Source: a bacterium (GTDB lineage: Bacteria; Patescibacteriota; Minisyncoccia; Moranbacterales; UBA2206). From it: 64,000 nt of DNA. A model generated the notes under the pieces. The model was given only the letters and a program-made list of their open reading frames with translations, ran no database searches and was not told where the DNA came from. The position numbers were made by a program, and so were the translations under genes. The stretch covers positions 3,320-67,319 of the forward strand of contig JAJYKZ010000002.1 in NCBI GenBank assembly GCA_021788105.1, in the 5' to 3' direction. Shown here piece after piece: positions 1 to 9,738 of this stretch (the stretch's first letter is position 1; each line of letters opens with the position of its first letter).

Positions 1-513
1 GCGGAAGCACAAATGATTCTCAATCATAAAAAAGCCTTGGATTTCATTTTGGAAAATCCGAATTTCTTTTTCGAATTTGAAACGGAAAAAATCAAAAAGA
101 TGCACGCCATTTTGGTTGAGGGACTTGATGTTAAGGAAGACTTTCGTTCGCACGGAGTAGGCATTGGCGGAACGCTCTATCGTCCGCCAGCTAACCAAAA
201 AGAATTGTCTCGAATGACAGACAAACTTTCCGAAACAGTCAGGAATATAAGAAGTCCTTTCGCCAAGGCCTTGGTTGCTCTCCTTATGATTTCATATCTC
301 CAGCCGTTTGAAGACGGAAACAAACGCACAGCTCGCATCGTAGCCAATGGAATTCTACATTCCCATCGAAAAGCCATGCTGTCCTATCGCGATGTGGATG
401 TCTTGGAATACAAAAAAGCAATCCTATTGTTTTACGAACAAAATAATATTTCATATTTCAAGGAATTATTTTTGAAGCAGTTTGAGTTTGTCGTGGAAAA
501 TTATTTCGGGTAA
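1..513 (+). CDS. Fic family protein, 5'-truncated by window edge
   Basis: Frame open from base 1; Fic motif variant QPFEDGNKRTAR. Confidence 0.88.
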   Translation, partial: AEAQMILNHKKALDFILENPNFFFEFETEKIKKMHAILVEGLDVKEDFRSHGVGIGGTLYRPPANQKELSRMTDKLSETVRNIRSPFAKALVALLMISYLQPFEDGNKRTARIVANGILHSHRKAMLSYRDVDVLEYKKAILLFYEQNNISYFKELFLKQFEFVVENYFG

Positions 514-688
514 ACTAGGTATTAGATATGCAAATGAATTTTTTCCAGCTATTCACTAGAATCATAGTATAAATTTACAATTTAATTTCATTGCGATAAC
601 GGCAGACTTAATTTCCAATTTTTGTTGAAAACAAGCCATTATTTGACTGAACTGCAACACCTCCAGACTGCGGCATTACTAAGAAAAT

Positions 689-715
689 AATAGCCTAAAT
701 AAAGGCTGTTTTTTT
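689..715 (+). terminator. Possible intrinsic terminator
   Basis: ATAGCCT-aaataa-AGGCTGT stem followed by T-run. Confidence 0.4.
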
Positions 716-803
716 ATTTCAATCTGGGCTATAATTAAAATGCTTTCCAGTGAATAAAGATAATAAAGTAATATGAATTTGATAAGCATACTTTAACTAA
801 ATT

Positions 804-989
804 ATGATCACAAAAAACGTAAAATTAGTAGTTTTTACCCCAATATCTCACGCTGATATTGTCCGCAAAGCGTTGGGAGAGGCGGGTGCTGGTAAAATCG
901 GCAATTATGATTTTTACTCTTTTTCTTCCCGTGGAAAATTCCACCCATACAAATAGGTGGCGTATGATATTTATTCTATAGAAAATTAA
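804..989 (+). pseudogene. Remnant of YqfO/NIF3-insert-like small protein with internal deletion and in-frame stop
   Basis: Manual translation MITKNVKLVVFTPISHADIVRKALGEAGAGKIGNYDFYSFSSRGKFHPYK*VAYDIYSIEN*; family N-term (GAGxIGNYD) and C-term (HPYEEVAYDIY-like) joined with the middle missing. Confidence 0.75.
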
Positions 990-1000
990 CTTACATTTTT

Positions 1001-1567
1001 ATGGTATCAATAATTGAAAAAGCAAAAGCAGAATTTCTTAAAATGGTCGGTGATTTCGGTTCTGATCCATGGCATCTTTTGTCTCATGTTCCCGAAGCGG
1101 AAAAGTGGGCAAAATTAATGCTTAAAAAATATCCCGAGGCTAATAAAGAAGTCGTGTTTTTAGCAGTATGGCTTCATGATTTTGGGCATTATCCTGTTCC
1201 AGCAGAAGTTGACCATGCAATCAGGGGAGAAGAAAGAGCTAGAAAATTTTTGGAACAAGAAAGCTATCCAAAAGAAAAAATGGACAAAGTGCTTCATTGT
1301 GTTAGATCGCACCGATGCAAGGATGTTATGCCTGAAACGCTTGAGGCAAGGATTATGGCTTTTTGTGATTCGGCTAGCCATATGACCGACACAATTTATT
1401 TTGATATGGTTAGAACAGGTGAAGACGGAAGATTTCCAAGAGCTTATGCGAAAATGAAAAGAGATTTTCGGGATTTGGCCATGTTTCCTGAAATGCAAAA
1501 AGAATTGTCTGAAATATATGAAGCCTGGCAGACTCTTTTGAAAGCATATGAAAAAATTAATTTATAA
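1001..1567 (+). CDS. HD-domain phosphohydrolase
   Basis: H...WLHD, DHAIRG, HCVRSH, FCDSASH motifs. Confidence 0.85.
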   Translation: MVSIIEKAKAEFLKMVGDFGSDPWHLLSHVPEAEKWAKLMLKKYPEANKEVVFLAVWLHDFGHYPVPAEVDHAIRGEERARKFLEQESYPKEKMDKVLHCVRSHRCKDVMPETLEARIMAFCDSASHMTDTIYFDMVRTGEDGRFPRAYAKMKRDFRDLAMFPEMQKELSEIYEAWQTLLKAYEKINL

Positions 1568-1585
1568 ACTTTAATTTTTAATATT

Positions 1586-2152
1586 ATGAAAATCGCAGTC
1601 ATCTCTGATATCCACGAAAACAGAAGAAATCTTCAGATGGCTTTAAATGAGATTGAAGAGCGTGGTATCGAACAAATAATCTGTCTCGGTGATTTTATAA
1701 ACCCAGGTATTGCGAGAGTTTTGGCAGATTCAAAAATTCCAGTTTTCGCTATCTGGGGCAATAACGATGGCGATGTCGCAAAGATTTTGAATATTGCTTC
1801 CGGTGAGGGCAGCAATTTGAAAATGAGCGAAAATACGTTTGATAAATTGGAATTGGGCGGAAAGAAAATATTCATTACTCATTACGAAGACTTCGCTGAA
1901 TCAATTGCAAAATCGGGCGACTACGACGCCGTGTTTTATGGTCATACACACAACAAAGATAAGAAAAATATTGGAAATTGCTTGCTCCTGAATCCAGGAG
2001 AACTTTCTACCCATAAAACTGGCATTGCGAGTTATGCAATCTATGATACTGAAACCAATAATGCTGAAATATTTGATTTAGAAAATTCATTTAACACGAA
2101 ATGGGAAGATGTGGACTATAATGAAAAAGGAAGATTTGTGGGTAAAAAATAA
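1586..2152 (+). CDS. YfcE/MJ0936-type metallophosphoesterase
   Basis: SDIH, CLGD, GNND, ITH, GHTH, LNPG motifs. Confidence 0.92.
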   Translation: MKIAVISDIHENRRNLQMALNEIEERGIEQIICLGDFINPGIARVLADSKIPVFAIWGNNDGDVAKILNIASGEGSNLKMSENTFDKLELGGKKIFITHYEDFAESIAKSGDYDAVFYGHTHNKDKKNIGNCLLLNPGELSTHKTGIASYAIYDTETNNAEIFDLENSFNTKWEDVDYNEKGRFVGKK

Positions 2153-2176
2153 TCATTTATAGGCGAATATTTTTAT

Positions 2177-2800
2177 ATGACCGAAGATTTTATCAGAATC
2201 AACATAGCTTTCAAACCGCCCATTGAAATTGCGGAGCAAATGGCAAAACTTAGCCAAGAGGTATCTAAAAAAGAAGACGCCTACTTCGCTATTGATAACT
2301 TAAATTTCTATCCACATATCACAATTTATTCTCCGAAATATCCGAAACACAACGAGGATAAAATATTTAAGGCTATTGATGAATTGGTAAAAAAATTTTC
2401 TTCAATAAAGTTTATTCCTAATGGGATAAATACAAACCAGGGATATATTGGAATAGGAGCTGAATATTCAGACGAAATTAAAAATATTCATGAAAAGATT
2501 GTTGAAAAACTAAATCCATTGAGGGAAGGTCATTTGCGGGCAAAATATGCCAATGCTTATAATATGCAGTTCTCTGAAGAAAAACTACAGAATATCCAAA
2601 AATACGGCTATCCTGATTCGATGAATTTTTATCATCCGCATATGACAATAACCAGATTGAAGGATGAAAAACTTGCCGAAAGAGTGGCTAAAGAAATTCA
2701 AATTTCATTTAAGGAATTTACCATTGATAAAATCGGAGCCTTTAAGATGGGAGAAAACGGAACTTGCGTTGAATTAATCAAAGAATTTAAATTAGGATAA
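2177..2800 (+). CDS. 2H phosphoesterase (2'-5' RNA ligase-like)
   Basis: Two HxT motifs, PHITI and PHMTI. Confidence 0.85.
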   Translation: MTEDFIRINIAFKPPIEIAEQMAKLSQEVSKKEDAYFAIDNLNFYPHITIYSPKYPKHNEDKIFKAIDELVKKFSSIKFIPNGINTNQGYIGIGAEYSDEIKNIHEKIVEKLNPLREGHLRAKYANAYNMQFSEEKLQNIQKYGYPDSMNFYHPHMTITRLKDEKLAERVAKEIQISFKEFTIDKIGAFKMGENGTCVELIKEFKLG

Positions 2801-2804
2801 TTTT

Positions 2805-3401
2805 ATGACCAAATATATCTTAAATTCAGGAGGATTGAAAAATAAACCAGAAAAAGCCAAAAAGTTTTTCGAAGAGATTTTGAAAGATTCCAAACAGAAT
2901 CCAAAGATGCTACTCTGTTTTTTTGCTCAGCCACGGGAAGATTGGGAAGGTAAATTTGAAGAATACAAATTAGGATTTTTGGAATTTTCAAATGAACTTA
3001 ATCCTATTTTTGAATTGGCAATGCCAGATAAGTTTGAAGAGCAAGTAGGAAATTCTGACATTATTTTTATTTACGGTGGAGATGATCATCTTTTGTGGTA
3101 TTGGCTGAAACAATACAACTTGCCAGAAATATGGAAAGGCAAAGTTGTTGTAGGCAGTTCGGCTGGTTCTGATGTTTTGGTCAAATCTTTTTGGACTTGT
3201 GATTGGCGACAATGTATGGATGGTCTTGGTTTGGTTTCGATAAAATTTATTCCTCATTACAAATCAACGGAATATGGCAAAGGCGACCCACGTGGCTCAA
3301 TAGACTGGAATATGGCTTATGAAGAATTAAAAGAATATGGAGATAAAAATCTTCCAATTTATGCCTTAGAAGAAGGTGATTATCAAGTTTTTGAAATTTA
3401 A
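2805..3401 (+). CDS. Peptidase E (S51)-like class I glutamine amidotransferase fold protein
   Basis: IYGGD, GSSAG nucleophile elbow, GLGLV, IPHY. Confidence 0.82.
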   Translation: MTKYILNSGGLKNKPEKAKKFFEEILKDSKQNPKMLLCFFAQPREDWEGKFEEYKLGFLEFSNELNPIFELAMPDKFEEQVGNSDIIFIYGGDDHLLWYWLKQYNLPEIWKGKVVVGSSAGSDVLVKSFWTCDWRQCMDGLGLVSIKFIPHYKSTEYGKGDPRGSIDWNMAYEELKEYGDKNLPIYALEEGDYQVFEI

Positions 3402-3416
3402 CTAATCACAAAAGTT

Positions 3417-3818
3417 ATGGCAAACAAAAAAATTAACCCAATTTCTCTGAGAATCCCTACAAAAGCTTACAGCCAAGGAGTACTTGTGCCCTGCGGAGAC
3501 AGTAACTTGCTTTTTATTACGGGGCAGTTACCTCAGGACATCGATGGCACAATCATCCATCAAGGTGATGTAGAGAAGCAAGTCAGGCTCGTTTTCTCTA
3601 GAATTTCTGAGATATTGAAAGAAGCAGATATGACCTTCGATGATGTAGTCAAGCTCCAGATTTATGTAAAAAATATCAGTTATGCGAAAACCGTATCCTC
3701 TATAAGGGATGAACTCTTCGCAAATAGCAAGCCAGCCAGCACGCTTGTAGAAGTATCTGGTTTTGTCAAAGAAGGTTGTAGTATTGAAATTGATGCAGTG
3801 GCAGCGAAAACTGTCTAA
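3417..3818 (+). CDS. RidA/YjgF family imine deaminase
   Basis: YSQG, LFITGQ, R..PASTLVEV, IEIDAVA. Confidence 0.92.
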   Translation: MANKKINPISLRIPTKAYSQGVLVPCGDSNLLFITGQLPQDIDGTIIHQGDVEKQVRLVFSRISEILKEADMTFDDVVKLQIYVKNISYAKTVSSIRDELFANSKPASTLVEVSGFVKEGCSIEIDAVAAKTV

Positions 3819-3923
3819 TCTGGAGAACCTGATTGCCGAAAAATAATTGGAGCTTATTCCAATATACCTCAAGAAGTTCGAGATAAATATAAAGGATATA
3901 TTTCTGAATATCTAACAAAATGA
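3819..3923 (+). pseudogene. Startless ORF remnant, probable C-terminus of a deleted gene
   Basis: 34 open codons SGEPDCRKIIGAYSNIPQEVRDKYKGYISEYLTK* fill the RidA-rdgB gap and end 14 nt before the next ATG; family not recognised. Confidence 0.35.
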
Positions 3924-3937
3924 TTCAATAATTTATT

Positions 3938-4534
3938 ATGAAAATCTTAATCGGCACAAATAACGAAAACAAACTGAAACAATTCAGAAGAATATTTCAA
4001 AATCTCGGTTCGGATATTGAATTAGTTTCCCTAAAAGATGTTGGCATAACTGATGATGTAGAAGAAGATGCTGATAATCTCTTGGAAAATGCCAAAAAGA
4101 AAGCCAAATTTTATGGCGATAAGTCTAATTTGCTTACTTTGGCTGACGATACCGGATTATTCGTTGACCCATTAAACGGAGAACCTGGCATTCACGCCAA
4201 AAGATGGCACGACGGCACGGAATTAGACAGATGTCATAAACTATTAGAAAGACTAAAAAATATTCCGGAAGAAAAAAGAACCTGCCGATACACTGGCGTT
4301 TTGGTTATTTACAATCCAAAAACTAAAGAATTTTGGAATTATGAAAATAATATCGAAGCAGTGATTTCCGATGAATTCAAGGGCGAATTAGGTTTTGGCT
4401 ATGATCCGATTTTTAAACTGAAAAACGGAAAACATTATGCCGAGCTTACCGATGAAGAACGGGACGCGATAAGCCATAGAGGGTTAGGGGTTAAAGAATT
4501 AATAAAATATTTAAGAGAAAATCAATGGACCTAA
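3938..4534 (+). CDS. rdgB: RdgB/HAM1 non-canonical purine NTP pyrophosphatase
   Basis: TNNENK, ENAKKKA, ADDTGL, GFGYDPIF, SHRG. Confidence 0.93.
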   Translation: MKILIGTNNENKLKQFRRIFQNLGSDIELVSLKDVGITDDVEEDADNLLENAKKKAKFYGDKSNLLTLADDTGLFVDPLNGEPGIHAKRWHDGTELDRCHKLLERLKNIPEEKRTCRYTGVLVIYNPKTKEFWNYENNIEAVISDEFKGELGFGYDPIFKLKNGKHYAELTDEERDAISHRGLGVKELIKYLRENQWT

Positions 4535-4848
4535 AAGATTTACTTGATTTTATAAGTCTCGAAGACCAAAGACTCAAAACGAGCCACGAAATTTATCCTG
4601 ACCAAGAAAAAAGAATCCTGGCTCGCACGGTAAAACTTTCCGAAGAAGTGGGAGAGCTTTGCGATGAAGTTTTGTCGTTCAATGCAATGCAAAGAAAGGA
4701 TAAGCAAAAAGATTATGATGGGAAAAATCTTCCTAATGAAATTGCTGATGTGTTAATAGTTACCTTGCTTTTGGCTAAAGCGATGAATGTGGACATAGAA
4801 AAAGCTTTGGAAAATAAGATTGAAAAAATTAATAAAAGATATGAATAA
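4525..4848 (+). CDS. MazG-like all-alpha NTP pyrophosphatase
   Basis: KLSEEVGEL and EIADV motifs, K..K...R C-terminus. Confidence 0.88.
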   Translation: MDLKDLLDFISLEDQRLKTSHEIYPDQEKRILARTVKLSEEVGELCDEVLSFNAMQRKDKQKDYDGKNLPNEIADVLIVTLLLAKAMNVDIEKALENKIEKINKRYE

Positions 4849-5497
4849 TATCAAAGCTCTAATATTCGATATGGACGGAGTTATTGTTAACTCCGAACCT
4901 ATCCACGAAAAAGCGGAAATGGAAACTTGCCGCGAGTTCGGCATGATAGTTCCTAAACTTGAATGGGATGGTTTTCGGGGCAAAAAACTGGAAGACATTT
5001 TTTCTTATGCCAGCAAAAAATATGGAAAAGGAAATGAACCCATTGAAAAAATGATTAAGAAGAAAATAAATCTGTATCTCCAATATGCCTTAAGTGATAT
5101 GCAATTAGTTTCCGGAGCTTATGAATTTCTACAAGAACTAAAAAGAAATCAAAGATACCGTTATGCGTTGACTACTTCTGGCAGAAGATATCAGCAAGAC
5201 AAAATTCTAAATAAATTCAATCTTGCCAATTTCTTTGATATTATGGTTACAGGCGACGAGGTGAAAAACGGCAAACCGCATCCTGAACCCTACGCAAATA
5301 CGGTTAAAAAACTGAATGAAAATCCAAATGAGTGTCTGGTTATTGAGGATTCTGACAATGGCATTTTTTCCGCCAAAGCGGCTGGTTGCCAGGCTTGCGG
5401 AATAACTACTACTTTCACTAAAGATAGACTCCAATCAGTCGGAGCAGATATGGTAATAAATGACTTTTTTGAATTAGCTAAAATTTTATTTAATTAA
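4841..5497 (+). CDS. HAD-IA family phosphatase
   Basis: DMDGV, TTS, KPHPEPY, IEDS motifs; ATG 4841 overlaps the end of the MazG-like gene. Confidence 0.92.
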   Translation: MNNIKALIFDMDGVIVNSEPIHEKAEMETCREFGMIVPKLEWDGFRGKKLEDIFSYASKKYGKGNEPIEKMIKKKINLYLQYALSDMQLVSGAYEFLQELKRNQRYRYALTTSGRRYQQDKILNKFNLANFFDIMVTGDEVKNGKPHPEPYANTVKKLNENPNECLVIEDSDNGIFSAKAAGCQACGITTTFTKDRLQSVGADMVINDFFELAKILFN

Positions 5498-5498
5498 T

Positions 5499-5600
5499 AT
5501 GGAACAATTTAAACATTTTGAAACAAATTTGGAAAAAGAAAACGAATACCCGAAACTGGTGAGGGATAACATTCCTGAAGTAGAACGTTGGAAATTTTAG
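5499..5600 (+). pseudogene. N-terminal fragment of a MazG-superfamily (COG4997-like) NTP pyrophosphatase
   Basis: MEQFKHFETNLEKENEYPKLVRDNIPEV...*; KLVRDxIPE is the family N-terminal signature. Confidence 0.65.
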
Positions 5601-5751
5601 AATTAAGCTAAAATACAAAGATCCGATCGCGATGATGCTTTTCGCGGAATTAAAAGATCCGGTAACTCAAAAATTGCAAAACCAGTATCGTGGAACGCCA
5701 GACAAAGTTGCTCCTCCGAATTTGCAGTTTAAAACAGGAAAGGATAAGTAA
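5584..5751 (+). pseudogene. C-terminal fragment of dCTP deaminase/dUTPase-fold gene
   Basis: Startless frame NVGNFRIKLKYKDPIAMMLFAELKDPV...NQYRG...VAPP resembles the Dcd C-terminus. Confidence 0.55.
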
Positions 5752-5776
5752 ATAATCTATAAAATTTAATCATAAT

Positions 5777-5872
5777 ATGAAAATAACGATCTGCGGAAGC
5801 CTGAATTTTACTTATGAAATTAAAGAACTGGCCGATAAGCTTCAAGCTCCTGTATACAAGCGGGCAACTTAA
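5777..5872 (+). pseudogene. Truncated N-terminus of a MKITICGS-type (nucleoside deoxyribosyltransferase-like) protein
   Basis: MKITICGSLNFTYEIKELADKLQ then early stop. Confidence 0.5.
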
Positions 5873-5953
5873 ATAAGATGCTTGCCATCCCATAATTTCT
5901 ACGCTAGCCTTAATGTGTGTGTTATAATTAAAAAGTAAAATTTAAGACTTTTT

Positions 5954-6490
5954 ATGAACAAAAAAATCATCATTCTTGTTGTGGCGATTCTTATGGTTTT
6001 GGGAGTTATTATCATTCGTGACAAAAGCATCGCGCCGACTACAGAAACGGATAAATCCAACCAGGCAGATCAATCACAGTCCCGATCACAATCTCAATCT
6101 CAGACAACACCGCAACAGACCGATCAGAATTCCAATAATAATTCTAATAATCAAAATTCTATGAAACTAAAAATTGAAACGACACAGCCGGGAACCGGCA
6201 ATCAGGTCGTAAAAAACGGCGACACAGTTTCCGTGCAGTACACGGGAAAACTTACGGACGGGACGGTGTTTGATTCTACCGCCAATCACGGCGGACAACC
6301 GTTCACTTTTACGGTCGGCGCAGGGCAGGTGATTCAGGGTTGGGATCAGGGGCTTCTGGGAATGAAGGTGGGAGAAAAAAGGACGCTTACGATTCCGCCG
6401 AGTCTTGGTTATGGGGAGAGCGGGGTGCCCGGAGTGATTCCGCCAAATGCGACGCTTATCTTTGACATCCAGTTGGTTTCGATCAAATAG
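5954..6490 (+). CDS. Membrane-anchored FKBP-type peptidyl-prolyl isomerase
   Basis: N-terminal TM, Q/S/N linker, [33 protein letters not shown]. Confidence 0.95.
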   Translation: MNKKIIILVVAILMVLGVIIIRDKSIAPTTETDKSNQADQSQSRSQSQSQTTPQQTDQNSNNNSNNQNSMKLKIETTQPGTGNQVVKNGDTVSVQYTGKLTDGTVFDSTANHGGQPFTFTVGAGQVIQGWDQGLLGMKVGEKRTLTIPPSLGYGESGVPGVIPPNATLIFDIQLVSIK

Positions 6491-6494
6491 GAAA

Positions 6495-7073
6495 ATGAAA
6501 AAATGGAATTTTAAATTGTCGACTCCCGAGAAAATTATTCTTTTTGCAGCCGTAATTTTTGTTTTAGTTCTCAGTTATGGCGTTCCCGAGCTGATTTTTA
6601 AAAATAAAATAAAAACTGCCAGCGAAGCCGGTTTGCAAAACACATATCATGTTATGAAAGTGGTTGACGGCGATACGATTGATGTTGATATTGACGGAAA
6701 GAAAGAATCAGTGCGGCTTATCGGGATCAATACGCCCGAAACCGTCGATCCGAGAAAACCGGTCCAATGTTTCGGCGTTGAAGCTTCCGATAAAGCGAAA
6801 GAAACGCTAAACGGAAAAAATGTTACATTAAAAGCGGACGCGACTCAATCTAACCGGGACAAATATGGAAGGCTCCTTCGTTATGTTTATTTGGAAGACG
6901 GAACAAATTTCAACGAAATGATGGTCAGGGACGGTTATGCTTATGAATATACTTATGATGTTCCATATGAGTATCAAGCCGAATTCATGGCTGCACAACA
7001 GGAAGCTAAAAATGAAGAGCGGGGATTGTGGGCAAAAAATACTTGCGACGGAAAACTGGCCAAAACAAAATGA
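6495..7073 (+). CDS. Membrane-anchored thermonuclease (SNase-like)
   Basis: VVDGDTI, VRLIGINTPE, DKYGRLLRYV, RGLW. Confidence 0.94.
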   Translation: MKKWNFKLSTPEKIILFAAVIFVLVLSYGVPELIFKNKIKTASEAGLQNTYHVMKVVDGDTIDVDIDGKKESVRLIGINTPETVDPRKPVQCFGVEASDKAKETLNGKNVTLKADATQSNRDKYGRLLRYVYLEDGTNFNEMMVRDGYAYEYTYDVPYEYQAEFMAAQQEAKNEERGLWAKNTCDGKLAKTK

Positions 7074-7090
7074 AAAAATTAACAAAAATA

Positions 7091-7126
7091 AAAAGCCTCG
7101 CCCGAAACGAGGTTTTTTGGTATAAT
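7091..7126 (+). terminator. Intrinsic terminator overlapping an extended -10 element
   Basis: GCCTCG-cccgaaa-CGAGGT + T-run, directly followed by TGGTATAAT upstream of the 7164 gene. Confidence 0.6.
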
Positions 7127-7163
7127 AATAAAAAGAACAACAAATAGCCGCAAAAGCTTCTTA

Positions 7164-8378
7164 ATGAAAAAAAGGAAAGCAAAAATTTTTTCAATTATTC
7201 TGGCCAGTTTTTTTATTTTTGTGCTGGCATTTTTCGTCGCGGAAAAAATGAATCGGCCGGTCCATGCGGATAGCGAAAGTGATGGCGGCGAATCGGACGA
7301 CGGACATTTCCAGGTTATTAACACTAATCCTTCCAATGACAAGCCTCAAAAAACAGAAACCAAAACCATTACAACCAGGCTTAGTCCGACAGTCACTCAG
7401 ATAGTAACTACGACGACTCGCCATGATACCGATGGCGACGGTTTGTACGACGATGTGGATCCGCACCCGACGATCAATGAAAATTTCATAGTTAAAGATA
7501 ATAATCTGGACGGAATCGACGACAACTTTGAAACTCCGGATCAATTGAAAAACGTTGGCGTGCCAGGAACTGGTCAAAAAGTGGATTATAAAGGACAGGT
7601 CATTGTGGACAGTGATCTGGATGGACTGACTGATCAAGGAGAAATTCAAATTTATCATACCGACCCGGGCAATCCGGATTCGGACGGAGATGGATATTTG
7701 GACGGAGCGGAAATTTTAGCGGGAACCAATCCGCTGGATTCGAGCGATTATCCCGGCAATTCCAAACAGCAAGTAGATTCGGTCATTCAAAATTTGAGCA
7801 AAGGAACTCCCTGGGTTTGGTATGTTTCGCGCGCTTCCGGAATGATCGGTTTTATTTTTCTTTGGCTGACGGTTTTTTTGGGATTGGCGATTCGCAATCC
7901 TCTTCTCAAAAAAATTATCCAGCCCATATACAGTTTCGGCCTGCATGCGTTCGCGGGGGCGATGGCGATTTTTTGGAGCCTGGTGCACGGAACAAGCTTT
8001 CTTTTTCACGGAAGTTTCGCCCTGAGTTTTAAGGAAGTGGCCATTCCCTTTTATTCCCATACCGCCCTGGTTAATCCGACCTACATGAGCCTCGGTATTA
8101 TCGCTTTCTATCTTATGGTCATTATGGCGGTCACTTCTTTTCTTCGCTCGCATATGAATCACTGGCTTTGGAGGGTTTTGCATTTTTTGAATCCAGTCGC
8201 GTTTATTTTTGTGGTGGTACACGGATATTTCAACGGGACCGATATCAATAATAATTTTTATGTCGGCAGCGCCTTTTTGTTTTCTTCGTTTATTTTGGTG
8301 GTGATATATCTTATAAGTTTGGGGGCGGCGCTCGCTCAAAAGTTTGGCCGGGATCCGGTTTTAAATCAAGACAATTAA
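7164..8378 (+). CDS. Ferric-reductase-like (MsrQ-like) transmembrane protein with extracellular DxDxDG (TSP3-like) repeats
   Basis: DTDGDG/DSDLDG/DSDGDG repeats; WYVSRASG; His pairs (LH...VH, WRVLH...VVH) in TM helices. Confidence 0.85.
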   Translation: MKKRKAKIFSIILASFFIFVLAFFVAEKMNRPVHADSESDGGESDDGHFQVINTNPSNDKPQKTETKTITTRLSPTVTQIVTTTTRHDTDGDGLYDDVDPHPTINENFIVKDNNLDGIDDNFETPDQLKNVGVPGTGQKVDYKGQVIVDSDLDGLTDQGEIQIYHTDPGNPDSDGDGYLDGAEILAGTNPLDSSDYPGNSKQQVDSVIQNLSKGTPWVWYVSRASGMIGFIFLWLTVFLGLAIRNPLLKKIIQPIYSFGLHAFAGAMAIFWSLVHGTSFLFHGSFALSFKEVAIPFYSHTALVNPTYMSLGIIAFYLMVIMAVTSFLRSHMNHWLWRVLHFLNPVAFIFVVVHGYFNGTDINNNFYVGSAFLFSSFILVVIYLISLGAALAQKFGRDPVLNQDN

Positions 8379-8383
8379 AAAAT

Positions 8384-8743
8384 ATGGTTGCAAAAAATAA
8401 ATTGGAAAAATTCCTCATTGGTTTATCGGGACTTCTTGCTTTGTTTATTTTTGCGATGGGAATAAGAATTGAAGACGGCAATGGAAAATTGGCCGATATT
8501 CGGAATGATCTGGCTTCCGATTCCGACAGTCCGAATCCGGGTGCTGTTATTCAAAATGAAATCAGCGCGTCGCGGGACAGCATTCTAAACAAGGCGGCGC
8601 ATTCTCCGCTGACGGATGTGGCCCAGAATACGACCATTAAAACCGTAATTCCGGGAAAAATAATCACACAGGTCGTGCCTGTCACAACAAGCAGTTCGAA
8701 AACTTCTTCCAAATCTTCGAACAAAAAAACCAAGACATCATAA
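8384..8743 (+). CDS. Small membrane-anchored protein with Ser/Thr/Lys-rich tail
   Basis: N-terminal TM; 5 nt after the previous stop; ends KKTKTS. Confidence 0.75.
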   Translation: MVAKNKLEKFLIGLSGLLALFIFAMGIRIEDGNGKLADIRNDLASDSDSPNPGAVIQNEISASRDSILNKAAHSPLTDVAQNTTIKTVIPGKIITQVVPVTTSSSKTSSKSSNKKTKTS

Positions 8744-8763
8744 CAGACCTAGGCGCATCAAAT

Positions 8764-9708
8764 ATGGATAAAAATAATCGACAAACCTTCAAGACGGAAT
8801 TCAGGGCAATGGGAACAACCGTATCGGCAGACATAGTTTTAGAAAAAACGAAAGAGGATTCGGCGCGGAAAGCGTTCCGGGAAATCCGGACAATTTTTGA
8901 GAAAAACGAAAAAATCTTCAGCCGGTTCCGGCCGGACAGCGAACTTTCAAAAATCAATCAGAATCTTGGAAAAGAAATCCGGGTTTCTCCGGAGATGCTG
9001 GAAGTTTTGGAATTATGCCTTAAGTTTAACAAAATTTCCGAAGGCTATTTTGATCCGCGGGTAATTGAAAATCTGGAGCGCATCGGTTATGACAAAGATT
9101 TTAAAAGCCATGATTTTAACGATCGGAGCGGAAAAGAAATTTTTTTGGAAAAAATTGAAGGCGGTCTGGAAGATGATTTGATCATAGACGCAAGAATGCG
9201 GGCAGTCACAATCAAAAAAAGAATCGATACGACAGGCATCGCCAAGGGCTATACGGTGGACGAAGCGGCAAACTATCTTTCAGAAAAAGGATTTCAGAAT
9301 TTTATCGTGGATGCCGGAGGCGATATGCTTGCGCAAGGCGTTAATGATGAGGGTGAAGACTGGCGGATCGGGATCGAGGGATTGGAAGATGATCGGCTGA
9401 TGTTGAAACTGAAGAATGAAGGCATTGCCACTTCGGGAATCAGTCGGAAGCGCTGGACGATCGGAGGCAGAAAATTTCATCATTTGGTCAATCCCAAAGA
9501 TCCGGAAAATTTTTCCTACGAAATAAAAACTGTGACGGTGATCGCGGAAAAAACCGTTGAGGCGGACGGGCGCGCCAAAGTTCTGGTGCTTATGGGAAAA
9601 GAAAAAGGATTGGAATTTGCTGACCGCCATGACTTGAAAGCCTTGTTCTTGGATTACAAGGGAAACATTTATCTTTCACGAAGAATGAAAGAAAATATTT
9701 TAAGTTAA
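8764..9708 (+). CDS. apbE: FAD:protein FMN transferase
   Basis: FRAMGT, SRF..DSELS, FDP, GIAKGY.VD, DAGGD, ATSG, HHLVNP, ADG. Confidence 0.95.
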   Translation: MDKNNRQTFKTEFRAMGTTVSADIVLEKTKEDSARKAFREIRTIFEKNEKIFSRFRPDSELSKINQNLGKEIRVSPEMLEVLELCLKFNKISEGYFDPRVIENLERIGYDKDFKSHDFNDRSGKEIFLEKIEGGLEDDLIIDARMRAVTIKKRIDTTGIAKGYTVDEAANYLSEKGFQNFIVDAGGDMLAQGVNDEGEDWRIGIEGLEDDRLMLKLKNEGIATSGISRKRWTIGGRKFHHLVNPKDPENFSYEIKTVTVIAEKTVEADGRAKVLVLMGKEKGLEFADRHDLKALFLDYKGNIYLSRRMKENILS

Positions 9709-9738
9709 TTTTTAGCTTACTCGGAATGTATTAGGAGT

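Noticed and set aside
514..803. Riboswitch or sRNA between Fic and the house-cleaning array
   Set aside because: Only a weak terminator-like stem and a TATAAT; no recognisable aptamer
3417..3923. Stop-codon readthrough extension of RidA
   Set aside because: RidA is complete at TAA 3818 and TAA is a poor readthrough codon; a deletion remnant or chance ORF is simpler
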